Assembly: GCA_028865035.1 (NCBI GenBank)
Contig: JAGWLB010000001.1
Coordinates: 6,673 to 70,672 of the forward strand
Direction of reading: 5' to 3'
DNA from: Patescibacteria group bacterium
GTDB lineage: Bacteria; Patescibacteriota; Minisyncoccia; Phycocordibacterales; UBA9973
DNA: 64,000 nt
This document shows positions 27,766-38,681 of the stretch, piece after piece. Within the stretch, counting starts at the first letter, position 1, and each line of letters begins with the position of its first letter. Both the position numbers and the translations under genes were made by a program. The notes beneath the pieces are model-generated. The model had not been told where the DNA came from, made no database searches, and was given only the letters and a program-made list of their open reading frames with translations.

Positions 27766-29934
27766 ATGAAGGGATTTACTAGAAAAAGAATATTATCGAT
27801 AGTGATAATTACAGCTATGCTTTCTACGCAAGTTGTTTTGCCTTTGCAAGCCAACGCTGGCACATTCTTAAACTATCATAATACAAACCCTTTCCCTGTT
27901 CCTAAATTATCATTAAGAGCCATAACTCCAGGGTTGCTTACATCAGTAGTAAGTTGTACTGGCATTACAAATAAAGCTGCATCAAAATTAATACAATTAC
28001 ACGATGCAATAAAAAAAGAAACCGACAAGCTACTAACTGGCATAAAAACTGATATTAAAAACCTTTTAATGAGTAACGCAAAAAAAATAGCACTTGAGAA
28101 ACAAGTTGCCGCAGTAAAAAGAAAAGCATTAGAAGCACTTGCAGCAACAAATGCAGGAGCGGGTGGCTCTATTTTAGGAGTTAAGGTAGGCGATGTAGTA
28201 CCATCTCTTGTTAATATAGGTATAGACGATTTATCAAAAGCACAAACTATAAACGTAAATGACAATGGTACCCATACAGCTGTTAGTAACACACAAACTA
28301 ATGCTGTGAATATAGCGAGTGCAGCTGATTCTCAACAACAATCAAAAGACTGTTTAAACGGTATTGCAAATGCTCTTATTAAAAGTCAGTTACAAAATAT
28401 GACAGAGCAAACAATGAACTGGGTGAATAGCGGATTTGGTGGCGACCCTATGTATGTGACAGATGTTAACTCGTTTATGAACGGTATAACTGATCAAATT
28501 CTATTGAAAGAAACAAGTTTGTTTAAGAACCCACTAACTAACGGCGACTATCCATACGGTCGCAACTTTGCACAAGGAGCAATTAACGGCAACCAGGCAT
28601 TGAATAATTTCCAGGATTCAATGAAGCAAGATCTTACAAGCTATCTTACTCCTGGGTCTACTCCCCAGACTTTCGCTACTGATTTCTCTCAAGGTGGATG
28701 GGATGGGTGGCTAGCTTTAACACAACATCCACAGAATAACCCGCTAGGTTTTACAATTAATGAAACACAACACATAGCTGATTTACAAAATACTCAGGTA
28801 AAAAATACAACTGATGAGATAAACCGCAACAGTGGCTACCTTGATCAAAAGAAATGTGTCCAGTGGGAGAATCTTGATAAAAGTGGAGAGGGTATACAAA
28901 CCACATCTGACACTGGTAAAAACCAAGATGGAGTCTTAAGGCCTGGCGATGTGACACAGACTGACTTGTGTATCAAATGGCAGACAATAACTCCAGGAAG
29001 TAATATAAAAACTAAAATTGATACTTATGTAAACACTCCTGAGCGTCAGATTGAACTCGCAAGAACTATGGATGATGCTTTGAATGCACTTTTTACAGCT
29101 CTTTTGGGTCAATTCCAAAAACAAGGTTTATACGGATTACAGTCTACTGATAATGCTGGTGTTAATAATGCCAATGGCGGTGGATTTGGTGTTAATCAGG
29201 TTTTTGATAGTAACGGTAACAGTCTGACTCCTATACGAACTTTTAGCGGAAATAGTGGTTTCACTTCTGGAGATGGATTCTTTGACCTCACAAAAGACTT
29301 AGGTAACACTTATAATCCTTTATCTACAACAAGTAATTGGATAATAGATAGCAAAGGCGTCCTACAAATTCAGTACGATTACCTAAACTTATTAAACAAA
29401 TCAAAGACAATTATGGATCAAGTTATGCCTGCTTTAGGAAAGCTTGATTACTGTATCCCAGGACCAAATCCAGATTGGAATAATATTTCTCAAGATGCAA
29501 TAAGTGCTTATATTGACTCAGTGAGTACAGGAACAACAACGCCACCTATCGACTTGGGTACTCTAGATAAAACTCTAGCAGATTACGGAACGCAAATAGA
29601 TAATACATATGGTCCTAATAGTCCTATGCAAAGCGGTGGCACTGGTAATACAAATTATCTAAAAATGTCATCTGAGGGTCTTAATATTACAAAAGATATG
29701 GGAACATATGCTGACACAATATCATCAGCAGAAGGCGACTTCAGTAGCTCACTTGCGGAAGCAAATTCAAATATTGCAAAGCTAAATATTATAAAAGATA
29801 AAGTAAATGCGATAATCATTGCTGCTCAGAAACGCCGTGCTGCTAAGAGAATACAGAGTGGCCTACCAAACGTATCGTCGGCTTGTTTAATATCAGAAAG
29901 AGTAACATATCTGGATAACGGTGTAATTAAATAA
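27766..29934 (+). CDS. Large secreted hypothetical protein (T4SS-like locus)
   Basis: Signal peptide ending ANA, scattered Cys, FSQGGWDGW and NNPLG segments. Confidence 0.75.
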   Translation: MKGFTRKRILSIVIITAMLSTQVVLPLQANAGTFLNYHNTNPFPVPKLSLRAITPGLLTSVVSCTGITNKAASKLIQLHDAIKKETDKLLTGIKTDIKNLLMSNAKKIALEKQVAAVKRKALEALAATNAGAGGSILGVKVGDVVPSLVNIGIDDLSKAQTINVNDNGTHTAVSNTQTNAVNIASAADSQQQSKDCLNGIANALIKSQLQNMTEQTMNWVNSGFGGDPMYVTDVNSFMNGITDQILLKETSLFKNPLTNGDYPYGRNFAQGAINGNQALNNFQDSMKQDLTSYLTPGSTPQTFATDFSQGGWDGWLALTQHPQNNPLGFTINETQHIADLQNTQVKNTTDEINRNSGYLDQKKCVQWENLDKSGEGIQTTSDTGKNQDGVLRPGDVTQTDLCIKWQTITPGSNIKTKIDTYVNTPERQIELARTMDDALNALFTALLGQFQKQGLYGLQSTDNAGVNNANGGGFGVNQVFDSNGNSLTPIRTFSGNSGFTSGDGFFDLTKDLGNTYNPLSTTSNWIIDSKGVLQIQYDYLNLLNKSKTIMDQVMPALGKLDYCIPGPNPDWNNISQDAISAYIDSVSTGTTTPPIDLGTLDKTLADYGTQIDNTYGPNSPMQSGGTGNTNYLKMSSEGLNITKDMGTYADTISSAEGDFSSSLAEANSNIAKLNIIKDKVNAIIIAAQKRRAAKRIQSGLPNVSSACLISERVTYLDNGVIK

Positions 29935-29938
29935 TTAT

Positions 29939-30874
29939 ATGGAACATAATAAACCTAAAAAAAGCAAAGCATTCATTATAACTTTTATAGCAGTTATGAT
30001 TCTTCTGCTGGTAGGATATTTTATTTTCTTAAATAGTAATAAACTTTTTGGAACAAAAAATTCGACAAGTATTAGCAAGATTTTTGCACCGCTACTAGGT
30101 ACTTCAAAACAAAAAACACTAAATACTATCGATAATAGTGGTAATACTTCACAAAATTCAAATTCTGCTAACACAAACAATGGTAATACTAATCCGACTA
30201 CTAGTACAAATGGGAATAGTAACACCAACCCAGTAACTGGAATAAGTGACGGTAATACAAATACTAGTAATCAAACTCTTGATGCAAACGGGAATCCTAT
30301 ATCTGTTGGTGGATTAAATGGGTCCAACAATATTGGGTCAGGAAGTCCAGGGAGTATTGATGGTTCTATCGGAGCAAACGGAAATATAAATAACAGCACA
30401 CTTAACTCTACTCCATCATTAAATCCTTTACCTACGCCAGGGAGTAATCCAGCATTAGCTAGCTCGACACCATCTCCGATCTCAACATCTATACCTAGCT
30501 CTACACCTAGTGTTGCATCAGCAACAATATCAACAACAAACGGCAATCTTTGCCCTGTAGATGATCCTTTAGTTTTTACAGATTCAGAGAAAGCTCAGCT
30601 AGATGAATTACTAAAAGAATATTATCTTATCTCTCCTACACTAAAAACTGCTGACGATATATCAGTGTTACAGGATGATATATCTACAAACCAAGCATTA
30701 GTAGATCAAGCAAATCAACTTACAAATGAATGCCAAGCAGAGAAATCGGACCCTAGTTATACTGGCCCTCAGGTTACGAAGAACAATCCTTACTACAGCG
30801 ACCCAAGTAACACTGGAGCTACGCCCTATATACCAACCTACAGTCAACTAGAACAGTTATTTAATATTTGGTAA
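29939..30874 (+). CDS. Single-pass membrane protein with Asn/Ser/Thr/Pro-rich stalk
   Basis: N-terminal TM, low-complexity linker, C-terminal helical domain with a Cys pair. Confidence 0.75.
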   Translation: MEHNKPKKSKAFIITFIAVMILLLVGYFIFLNSNKLFGTKNSTSISKIFAPLLGTSKQKTLNTIDNSGNTSQNSNSANTNNGNTNPTTSTNGNSNTNPVTGISDGNTNTSNQTLDANGNPISVGGLNGSNNIGSGSPGSIDGSIGANGNINNSTLNSTPSLNPLPTPGSNPALASSTPSPISTSIPSSTPSVASATISTTNGNLCPVDDPLVFTDSEKAQLDELLKEYYLISPTLKTADDISVLQDDISTNQALVDQANQLTNECQAEKSDPSYTGPQVTKNNPYYSDPSNTGATPYIPTYSQLEQLFNIW

Positions 30875-30886
30875 TTATTTATTATT

Positions 30887-33571
30887 GTGAAAAAATTTCT
30901 TCCCACTATATTCATACTTCTAATTATTGCGAATCTTTTCGCTCCTTTTAGTGTGAGTGTTGATAAAAATAATACACCAGTTGTAAAAGCATCTGTAGCT
31001 GAAGCAACGGACACAGTGGGTATTAAAATAAGCGGCCATATTTCTCATACCGATACTAATATAACTCCTTGGTTAACAGTGGTATGGTATTTGGGTGCTG
31101 ATAATAGTAAAGCTTCAGTATTATTACAAAAAGTTGGTTCAACTGATATAACAAAAGCAGATATAGATATGAAGACAGATGATGCTGCTACGCAGGCTTA
31201 TGATGCTAGCCACAACGGAGATCCATTACCTTATACAGTACAAACAGGTAATATTCCTTTATCAGTATTACCAAACACAACATATAATGTAACATTAGTT
31301 GCAACTCAAAATCTTACATTTTGGGGTCATCCTCTTTCGACTGTTTATAATGGTCTAACAGCTGGAAGTAATCACGATGCTGCATATTTATTGTTTACAA
31401 TCACTACCAATAATCAAGGAGATATAACAAAAGTAGACAGTGGTTTAAAAAATAGTTTAAGCATAGATGCGTACATGCCACCATGTAGTATTGTAGGTGG
31501 AAATGGAACAATAGCTGGTTGTGCAGCGCAACTTTTATATTACGTATTGTTTATTCCTACTTCTTACATATTTGCTCTAACAGGGCAAATGTTTGATTTT
31601 ACATTTTTCTATTCTGTAAAAGATACTTCATATCAATCTCCTTTTGTGTTAAATGGTTGGGGGATAATTCGTGATTTCTGTAATATGTTCTTTATATTCG
31701 TATTGTTGTATATCGCTTTTGCTACAATATTAGATATTCACGGATTTAAAACTAAAGAGATGATAATCAATGTAATTATTATTGGTTTACTCATAAACTT
31801 TAGCCTCTTCGCTGCTCAGCTTATTATTGATTCTTCAAATATTCTGGCTAGAGTATTCTACTCTGATCAAAGTGTTAAAATTACTCAAGGTGGGGCAAAT
31901 GGAGTAACAAACAATACCCCAAAATTGAAAGTTGGGCCAAATGGTGAACTACCATTATCTGCTGCGATAGTAAACAAAGTTAATCCTCAAAATTTAATAA
32001 TAAACGGAGTAAATAACGTAGGGGTAGACGATCCTGTTAGTAACAGCAACAGCATAAGTAACACAACCATAGGTGGAAGCAGTTTAAATGCTGGGGGATT
32101 CATTTTAATAGTGTTACTTGCGGTTGCGGTGAACGTGGTGGGAATAATAGTATTCGTATCTGTAAGTATGATATTTATAACAAGAGTAATTGGATTATGG
32201 ATGGCTATGGTATTTGCGCCCCTTGCATTCTTCTCTTATGCGGTACCAAAAATGAAAAGCATAGATATGATTGGTTGGGAAAAATGGTGGCCTGAGACTA
32301 TTAAGCTTGCGTTCCTTGCTCCAGTGTTTATGTTCTTCTTGTATCTCATTATTCAATTCTTAGATACAGGACTTAGCCTTATTAATATACAAGGTCAAAA
32401 CAACATAGCTTTTATAGTAGCAACGGTTGTTCCTTTTGCTTTTATTATGATATTACTCTGGAAAGCAAAAAGTATTGCTAGTGAGATGTCTGGTAAACTC
32501 GGCCAGACCATTACTGGAGGTATTGCAACAATTGGAGGACTTGCACTTGGCGGAGCAGCATTAGGTGTTGCCTTTTCAGGAAGAAAAATTATTGGGGAAA
32601 GAATAGCCGCTAGATCAAGGACAGCAGATTCTATTCATTACGGTAAAGAAAAAATTGCATTTAATAAAAAACTGGAGGATTGGGAAAAGAATGGTAAAAA
32701 AGGAGATAAACCTAAATGGAAAGATCATGCAAAAGCAAATAATGTTAAAACTAATCTTCTCACTAAACTTGGTGGTAATTTAAATGCAAAACAAACAAAA
32801 ATAAATGAGGTGGATCATGCTCGACATGAAATTGATACTATAAAAGATAAGGCGGGATTAAAAGGTGTTAATGACGATAATCTTTCAGGTGTAGATAAAC
32901 AAAAACTAGCTACAACATTTGCAAAAGAAAAGAAGACAGAAATAGAATCTGAAATAAGAAGAGGTACTAAACCTTTATTAGATGAAAATGGTAAAGAAGT
33001 TAAAGATGCAAACAATGAAGTTATAACGGGAGGTGAAAGTGGTTTCAAAGCTGCAAATAGAGATAGGGTCACAAAAGAAATCAGAGATGCAAGTAGTGAT
33101 AATATTCATACTGATGGAGGACTTACGGACGCAGCAAAGAAAAAAGTTGAAGATCAATTAAATGTACAATTTAATGCTATATTAAAAACTTCTACAGACA
33201 AAGAAACGGAAAAAAGATTTAATCATCTACAAGAAGAGTCTAAACAAAAAGTTGGTGGATTTGATAGAGTCTTTGCTCAATCAAATAAAGGTAGTTATGA
33301 TGTCAGAAATCTATCTCAAACAAAAGTAGATAAAAGAGAGAGAGCATTCACAAAGATGAGTGCTGGCTTAATAGCTGGTATTGCTATGGGGGTAAGAACT
33401 GGGCTTAAGCATAGTAATGTTAACCACGGATCTGGCCAAGGTGACTTCTTAAAAGATATAGGGAATACAATAACAGAGGCTCTTAAGAGTACAAAACTAA
33501 AAGTAGAAATTGAAAAAAGTCATGGAACTAGTGGTGGGGATGCTCATACCACAGGTGGTGGACATCATTAA
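30887..33571 (+). CDS. Extended VirB6/TrbL-like polytopic membrane protein
   Basis: Signal peptide, extracellular domain, GWGIIRDFCN...LLINFSL and RVIGLW..VFAPLAF TM pattern, long charged C-terminal tail. Confidence 0.7.
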   Translation: MKKFLPTIFILLIIANLFAPFSVSVDKNNTPVVKASVAEATDTVGIKISGHISHTDTNITPWLTVVWYLGADNSKASVLLQKVGSTDITKADIDMKTDDAATQAYDASHNGDPLPYTVQTGNIPLSVLPNTTYNVTLVATQNLTFWGHPLSTVYNGLTAGSNHDAAYLLFTITTNNQGDITKVDSGLKNSLSIDAYMPPCSIVGGNGTIAGCAAQLLYYVLFIPTSYIFALTGQMFDFTFFYSVKDTSYQSPFVLNGWGIIRDFCNMFFIFVLLYIAFATILDIHGFKTKEMIINVIIIGLLINFSLFAAQLIIDSSNILARVFYSDQSVKITQGGANGVTNNTPKLKVGPNGELPLSAAIVNKVNPQNLIINGVNNVGVDDPVSNSNSISNTTIGGSSLNAGGFILIVLLAVAVNVVGIIVFVSVSMIFITRVIGLWMAMVFAPLAFFSYAVPKMKSIDMIGWEKWWPETIKLAFLAPVFMFFLYLIIQFLDTGLSLINIQGQNNIAFIVATVVPFAFIMILLWKAKSIASEMSGKLGQTITGGIATIGGLALGGAALGVAFSGRKIIGERIAARSRTADSIHYGKEKIAFNKKLEDWEKNGKKGDKPKWKDHAKANNVKTNLLTKLGGNLNAKQTKINEVDHARHEIDTIKDKAGLKGVNDDNLSGVDKQKLATTFAKEKKTEIESEIRRGTKPLLDENGKEVKDANNEVITGGESGFKAANRDRVTKEIRDASSDNIHTDGGLTDAAKKKVEDQLNVQFNAILKTSTDKETEKRFNHLQEESKQKVGGFDRVFAQSNKGSYDVRNLSQTKVDKRERAFTKMSAGLIAGIAMGVRTGLKHSNVNHGSGQGDFLKDIGNTITEALKSTKLKVEIEKSHGTSGGDAHTTGGGHH

Positions 33572-33581
33572 TATATAAATT

Positions 33582-34601
33582 ATGGATCAAACACAATTAC
33601 AACAGCAAATATCCTTATATTTCTCAAAGTTACCAACAAATGTTCAACAAGTATTTTCTAGTATGACTTGGATGGAAACCTTGAAAGAAATTAGTATTAA
33701 GTTCGGTCTTAATAATGATCAGATAGAAACACTAGGCACAGAGACGACTTTAGTACTACTTGGAATTGTTAGCATAACAGACTATGAACAGACTCTTGCT
33801 AAAGAAATAAATATGCCGCATATAACTTTAGAGAAAATGTTTATGGAAATAAACAATTCAATATTAAAGCCTATTAGCTCATCTCTAGATCAAACTTATA
33901 ATGAACATGTTGAGTCATTGATTGAAGAAAAGTATGGTGGTTTAGAAAAGCTTGATGAACGTTTCACTAAGCTTCCCAAAGAAGTTCAAGAAGCTATTAC
34001 TGAATCAGATTATCAATCTACTCTATATAGTATAGGAAGCAAATATAAACTTTCTGTTAGTCAGATGGGAGATCTAGAAGAGGTTACCAATGGTGTGCTT
34101 CTAGGTATTATTCATCCAGATAAATACGAAGATGAAATCAAATCAAAGTTAAGCTTGCCAGCAGATAAAACGACTGAGCTTGTAAATGAAATAAATGAAA
34201 ATATTCTTAAAAATATCCGTGAAATATTAAAGTCTCACTGGGGCAAACAAGAAGAGAATTTAAGTAATACAGACGATGAAGTTCCATTACCACCATACGC
34301 TAAAAGCGATATTGTAAAAGAAAGTTCCACGCCTGTTAGTATAACTACACCGATAAAAGAATCTATACCGGTTCCATCGCCTAATACGCAGGTGGAAATA
34401 AGCAAAGATGAAAGTACTGTGGATAAAGGGAAAATAGAAAAAGATATTTTTAGTAGTAAGTTAAGTGGCCCGACAGTAAGCAGGCCTGTTATTAGCGACC
34501 ATTCTTTACCTGAAAACAGTATTAAAAAAACGATAACTTCTTCGGGGAAAACAGATTTGGACAAACCAAGACCCGACCCTTATCACGAACCTATAGAATA
34601 G
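33582..34601 (+). CDS. Hypothetical protein with two tandem homologous helical domains and a Pro/Ser-rich tail
   Basis: FSKLP...VLLGI...EIN.SILK and FTKLP...VLLGI...EINENILK; ends DPYHEPIE. Confidence 0.75.
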   Translation: MDQTQLQQQISLYFSKLPTNVQQVFSSMTWMETLKEISIKFGLNNDQIETLGTETTLVLLGIVSITDYEQTLAKEINMPHITLEKMFMEINNSILKPISSSLDQTYNEHVESLIEEKYGGLEKLDERFTKLPKEVQEAITESDYQSTLYSIGSKYKLSVSQMGDLEEVTNGVLLGIIHPDKYEDEIKSKLSLPADKTTELVNEINENILKNIREILKSHWGKQEENLSNTDDEVPLPPYAKSDIVKESSTPVSITTPIKESIPVPSPNTQVEISKDESTVDKGKIEKDIFSSKLSGPTVSRPVISDHSLPENSIKKTITSSGKTDLDKPRPDPYHEPIE

Positions 34602-34620
34602 TTTGTGATACAATATAAGT

Positions 34621-35028
34621 ATGCAATTTAAAGTCCCACAATTTATCGACATTGAAGATAAACTCTTTGGACCTTTTACTTTTCGTCAGTTTGCATATAT
34701 GGCAGGGGGAGTAAGTATGATATTTGTTATTTATAAATTATTACCACTTTGGATCGGTATTTTTCTAATAATACCAGTTGGAATCCTAACTGGCCTCTTA
34801 ACCTTTTATAAGATAAATGATAAACCATTTATCTATTACTTACAGGCTGCTGTAAATTATGCTATATCAAGCAAGCTTTATATCTGGAAGCAGCGCTTAG
34901 TAAAACCAAGCGATAAAAAGGATGGTGCAGAAACAGCTCCTGAAACAACTTCGATTGTACCTATGACATCGACAAGTACTTTAAAAGATTTGGCTTGGAG
35001 TCTGGATGTACAAGAGAAAGAACAGTAA
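34621..35028 (+). CDS. PrgI family protein (VirB3-like)
   Basis: VPQFIDIEDKLFGPFTFRQF followed by two TM segments. Confidence 0.85.
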   Translation: MQFKVPQFIDIEDKLFGPFTFRQFAYMAGGVSMIFVIYKLLPLWIGIFLIIPVGILTGLLTFYKINDKPFIYYLQAAVNYAISSKLYIWKQRLVKPSDKKDGAETAPETTSIVPMTSTSTLKDLAWSLDVQEKEQ

Positions 35029-35133
35029 TTAGGAATTAATAATTACGAATAAAAGAAGAAAATGCTATAATTTGAGTATAATTATTTAATTACGTTATCT
35101 GATTAATAATTATTAACTCATAATTAATTTCAT

Positions 35134-35787
35134 ATGGCTATAAATGCTCGCGCTGCACAAGATTTTGTGCCAATAAAAGAAGTTCGTAATGGTGTCATCA
35201 TTCTTAAAGATGGTGGTCTTCGAGCTGTTCTTATAGCTTCGTCTATAAACCTGTCATTGAAGTCTTCTGAGGAGCAAACTGCTATTATTAATCAGTTTCA
35301 AGCATTTTTAAATGGCTTAGATTTCTCTACACAGATTGTTGTGCAATCTCGTAGGCTCGATATCAGGCCGTATCTTTTAATGCTTGAAGCTCGAGAAAAA
35401 GAACAAACGGAAAAACTACTTAAAATACAAACAAGGGAGTATATGGAATTCATACGTTCTTTTACAGATGAAGTGAATATTATGACTAAGACATTTTTTG
35501 TTGTTGTGCCTTATAGTCAGACAATCTTAAAATCAAATAATGGAATGATAGATAAATTACTAGGATCTACAACACCTAAAAAGCAAATAGAGAACACCAA
35601 AAAGGCTATGGATATGGCAGATTTTGAAGAAAAACGTAGTCAGTTAGATGAGCGTGTAAGCGTTATTATTTCAGGACTTGGTGGTCTCGGTATACGTAGC
35701 TCTCAATTAAAAACAGAAGAAGTGGTTGAACTTTTTTATAAAACATTTAATCCTGGTGATATCAGTCAGGGGATTAAACTACAATAA
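35134..35787 (+). CDS. TraC/VirB4-associated protein
   Basis: IKEVRNGVIILKDG...SINLSLKSSEEQ...FLNGLDFSTQI; lies between PrgI and VirB4. Confidence 0.7.
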   Translation: MAINARAAQDFVPIKEVRNGVIILKDGGLRAVLIASSINLSLKSSEEQTAIINQFQAFLNGLDFSTQIVVQSRRLDIRPYLLMLEAREKEQTEKLLKIQTREYMEFIRSFTDEVNIMTKTFFVVVPYSQTILKSNNGMIDKLLGSTTPKKQIENTKKAMDMADFEEKRSQLDERVSVIISGLGGLGIRSSQLKTEEVVELFYKTFNPGDISQGIKLQ

Positions 35788-35788
35788 T

Positions 35789-37651
35789 ATGGGAATTATT
35801 TCATCAATATTTGGTAGTAAGGGAGATAAGAATAGTACTAATCCAAAAAGTACAGTTATGCCTGTGATTCCTACGGAGATTTATAGAGCAGCAACTCTAG
35901 AACTTCAAGATATTATCGCACCTTCTGCTTTACAAATAACTCCGAAAGGTTTAAATCTTGGTGATAAAATTGTTAGAACTTTTTTTGTTATATCTTACCC
36001 TAGATATCTGACAGACAATTGGTTTTCTCCAATTATTAATCTGGATAAAGTTTTTGATGTATCAATTTTTATACATCCGATAGATACTTCTGAAATACTT
36101 CGTTCATTCCAGAAAAAAGTTGCTGAGGTTCAGAGTCAGATTTCTATTCGTGAATCTAAAGGGTTAGTTCGTGATCCAATGCTAGATACCGCTTATCGTG
36201 ATCTTGAAAGTTTGCGTGATAATTTAATGCAGGCTCAAGAGAAAATGTTTGATGTTGGTTTATATATTACAATCTATGCTGATAATGAAAACGATCTGTT
36301 TAAAATTGAAAGTGAAATAAAGTCTCTTCTTGAGTCTAAGCTTATCTATTTAAAACCAGCATTGTTCCAGCAAGACGAAGCTTTTAAGAGTGTTATTCCT
36401 CTTGGGACAGATATATTAGCCGTTCACCAGAAGCTCAACACTGAACCTCTTTCAAGTCTTTTCCCATTTGTATCGTTTGATCTCACGTCGGATAAAGGTA
36501 TTTTGTATGGTGTTAATCGTCACAACTCAAGTCTTATCATCTTTGATAGATTTTCATTACCAAACTATAATTCTATAACTTTTGCGACTTCTGGTGCTGG
36601 TAAATCTTACGCGACTAAACTTGAGATTATACGTACTTTGATGTTTGATACTGAAGTAATAGTCATAGACCCTGAAAGGGAATATGAATATTTGTCCGAA
36701 GCTGTAGGTGGGAGATATTTTAATATTGCACTTTCTTCAGATCACCATATTAATCCTTTTGATTTACCAATACCAACATCAGACGAAACTCCTGCTGATG
36801 TTTTGCGCGCCAATACTATAAACCTGGTTGGATTATTCCGTATAATGCTCGGCGGTCTTACTCCGGAAGAAGATTCTATAATAGACAGAGCAATAACCGA
36901 AACTTATGCTTTGAAAGATATTACTGCTGAGTCAAACTTTGCAAATATAGAACCTCCTCTTCTAATGGATTTTGAAATGGTTTTAGTTGGAATGGATGGA
37001 AGTGAGTCTCTGATTCAACGCTTAGCTAAGTTCACTCACGGTTCTTGGGCTTCTTTCTTGAATCAACCATCAAACGTAGATATTAACCGTAAATTCGTTG
37101 TCTTTTCTGTGCGTGATATGGAAGATGAATTAAAACCAGTAGCAATGTACATAGTCACTCATTATATATGGAATGCAATTCGTAAAAACATAAAAAAACG
37201 TTTACTTGTTGTCGATGAAGCTTGGTGGATGATGAAATCAGAAGACACTGCTTCTTTCTTATATTCTATAGCGAAACGTGGACGAAAATACTATTTAGGT
37301 CTTGCCACTATCACTCAAGATGTCGGAGACTTTATGAAAAGTCCATATGGTGTGCCGATAGTTACAAACTCATCTATCCAGTTATTATTAAAGCAATCTC
37401 CTTCGACTATAGATATTCTACAGAAAACCTTTAATCTTACCGATGAAGAAAAATACTTACTCTTAGAAGCTAATGTGGGCGAGGGAATCTTCTTTGCGGG
37501 ACTCAAACACGTGGCCGTCAAAACCATAGCTTCATATACAGAGGATCAAATAATTACTTCTGACCCATCTCAGATTTTAGCTATTAAAAAAGCAAAGGAT
37601 GATTTAGTAGAACAAGAAGCCAATCAAGATAAAAATCAGGCTAGTATTTAG
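35789..37651 (+). CDS. virB4: VirB4-like type IV secretion ATPase
   Basis: Walker A ATSGAGKS, IDPEREY, INPFD, Walker B VVDEAW, RGRKY, TITQ; start ATG 35789. Confidence 0.88.
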   Translation: MGIISSIFGSKGDKNSTNPKSTVMPVIPTEIYRAATLELQDIIAPSALQITPKGLNLGDKIVRTFFVISYPRYLTDNWFSPIINLDKVFDVSIFIHPIDTSEILRSFQKKVAEVQSQISIRESKGLVRDPMLDTAYRDLESLRDNLMQAQEKMFDVGLYITIYADNENDLFKIESEIKSLLESKLIYLKPALFQQDEAFKSVIPLGTDILAVHQKLNTEPLSSLFPFVSFDLTSDKGILYGVNRHNSSLIIFDRFSLPNYNSITFATSGAGKSYATKLEIIRTLMFDTEVIVIDPEREYEYLSEAVGGRYFNIALSSDHHINPFDLPIPTSDETPADVLRANTINLVGLFRIMLGGLTPEEDSIIDRAITETYALKDITAESNFANIEPPLLMDFEMVLVGMDGSESLIQRLAKFTHGSWASFLNQPSNVDINRKFVVFSVRDMEDELKPVAMYIVTHYIWNAIRKNIKKRLLVVDEAWWMMKSEDTASFLYSIAKRGRKYYLGLATITQDVGDFMKSPYGVPIVTNSSIQLLLKQSPSTIDILQKTFNLTDEEKYLLLEANVGEGIFFAGLKHVAVKTIASYTEDQIITSDPSQILAIKKAKDDLVEQEANQDKNQASI

Positions 37652-37690
37652 GTTGGCAAGCTCTTGTAGTTATCATATAATATATAGGTA

Positions 37691-38680
37691 ATGCATTCTC
37701 ATAAAAAATTTCTTTTTGGAATATTGTTAATACTTTGTATCGTTTCTATACCTAGTTATAGTAAGGCTATCGACGGTATTGGTTTGCAGGAATCTGACAT
37801 TACAGCAAGCACACAGCCAGAAAACCCTGAGCCTTATCAAGATGTAACCATAAGTCTTGTTAGTTATGCTACAGACCTAAACAAAGCCACTATCGAGTGG
37901 CGCAGTGGATCAAAAGTTTTACTATCGGGTATTGGTCGTACAAACTTCTCTATAAAAGCTCCGGGCCCAAATGTGACGGCAGTTTATACTGCTACAATAA
38001 CTCCAGTAGGAGACACAAACAGTATTACAAAACAAATTATAATTAGTCCATCAGACATAGAAGTGTTATGGGAATCTGTAGACGGGTACACCCCTCCTTT
38101 TTATAAAGGTAAATCTTTTGCATCACCAGAAAGCCTTATAAAAGTTGTAGCTATACCTGACACAAGCGCTGTGAAATCTAGTAGTAATCTAGTATATACT
38201 TGGAAAAATAATGGTAAAACAATACAAAGTGCTTCTGGTTATGGTAAGGACTCTTATATATTTGCAAATAATGAATTAAACAGAAGTGAAGAGATTACGG
38301 TATCTGCCTCAACAGTAGATGGATCATATAATGCAACAAAGACAATAAACATACCGATAATTGATCCAAAAATTGTTTTTTATAAAAGATCACCTACCGA
38401 TGGAGTTTTGTACAATAGTGCATTAGTAAATGATGTATTTATGTCTGGGGACGAGTTTACCATTGTTGCCACACCATACTTTCTTGCTACTTTAGGTAAT
38501 GAGGATAAATTTACTTATAGCTGGCAAATAAATGGTAATAGTATAAGTACTCCTTCAAAGAAAACAGAGTTAACGGTCCGACCAAGCTCTCGTGGAGGAT
38601 ATGCAACAATAGGCGTTACAATGGAAAACTTAAACACATTTTTCCAAAAAGTTACTGGCCAATTAAAAATAAACTTATAA
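37691..38680 (+). CDS. Secreted protein with Ig-like beta domains
   Basis: Signal peptide, repeated Y-x-W motifs (IEWR, YTWK, YSWQ), TPPFYKGK. Confidence 0.7.
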   Translation: MHSHKKFLFGILLILCIVSIPSYSKAIDGIGLQESDITASTQPENPEPYQDVTISLVSYATDLNKATIEWRSGSKVLLSGIGRTNFSIKAPGPNVTAVYTATITPVGDTNSITKQIIISPSDIEVLWESVDGYTPPFYKGKSFASPESLIKVVAIPDTSAVKSSSNLVYTWKNNGKTIQSASGYGKDSYIFANNELNRSEEITVSASTVDGSYNATKTINIPIIDPKIVFYKRSPTDGVLYNSALVNDVFMSGDEFTIVATPYFLATLGNEDKFTYSWQINGNSISTPSKKTELTVRPSSRGGYATIGVTMENLNTFFQKVTGQLKINL

Positions 38681-38681
38681 T

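Noticed and set aside
35726-35789. Programmed +1 frameshift fusing the TraC-like ORF to VirB4 at CTT TTT T
   Set aside because: A clean TAA-t-ATG coupling exists at 35785-35791 and the bridging peptide looks non-conserved
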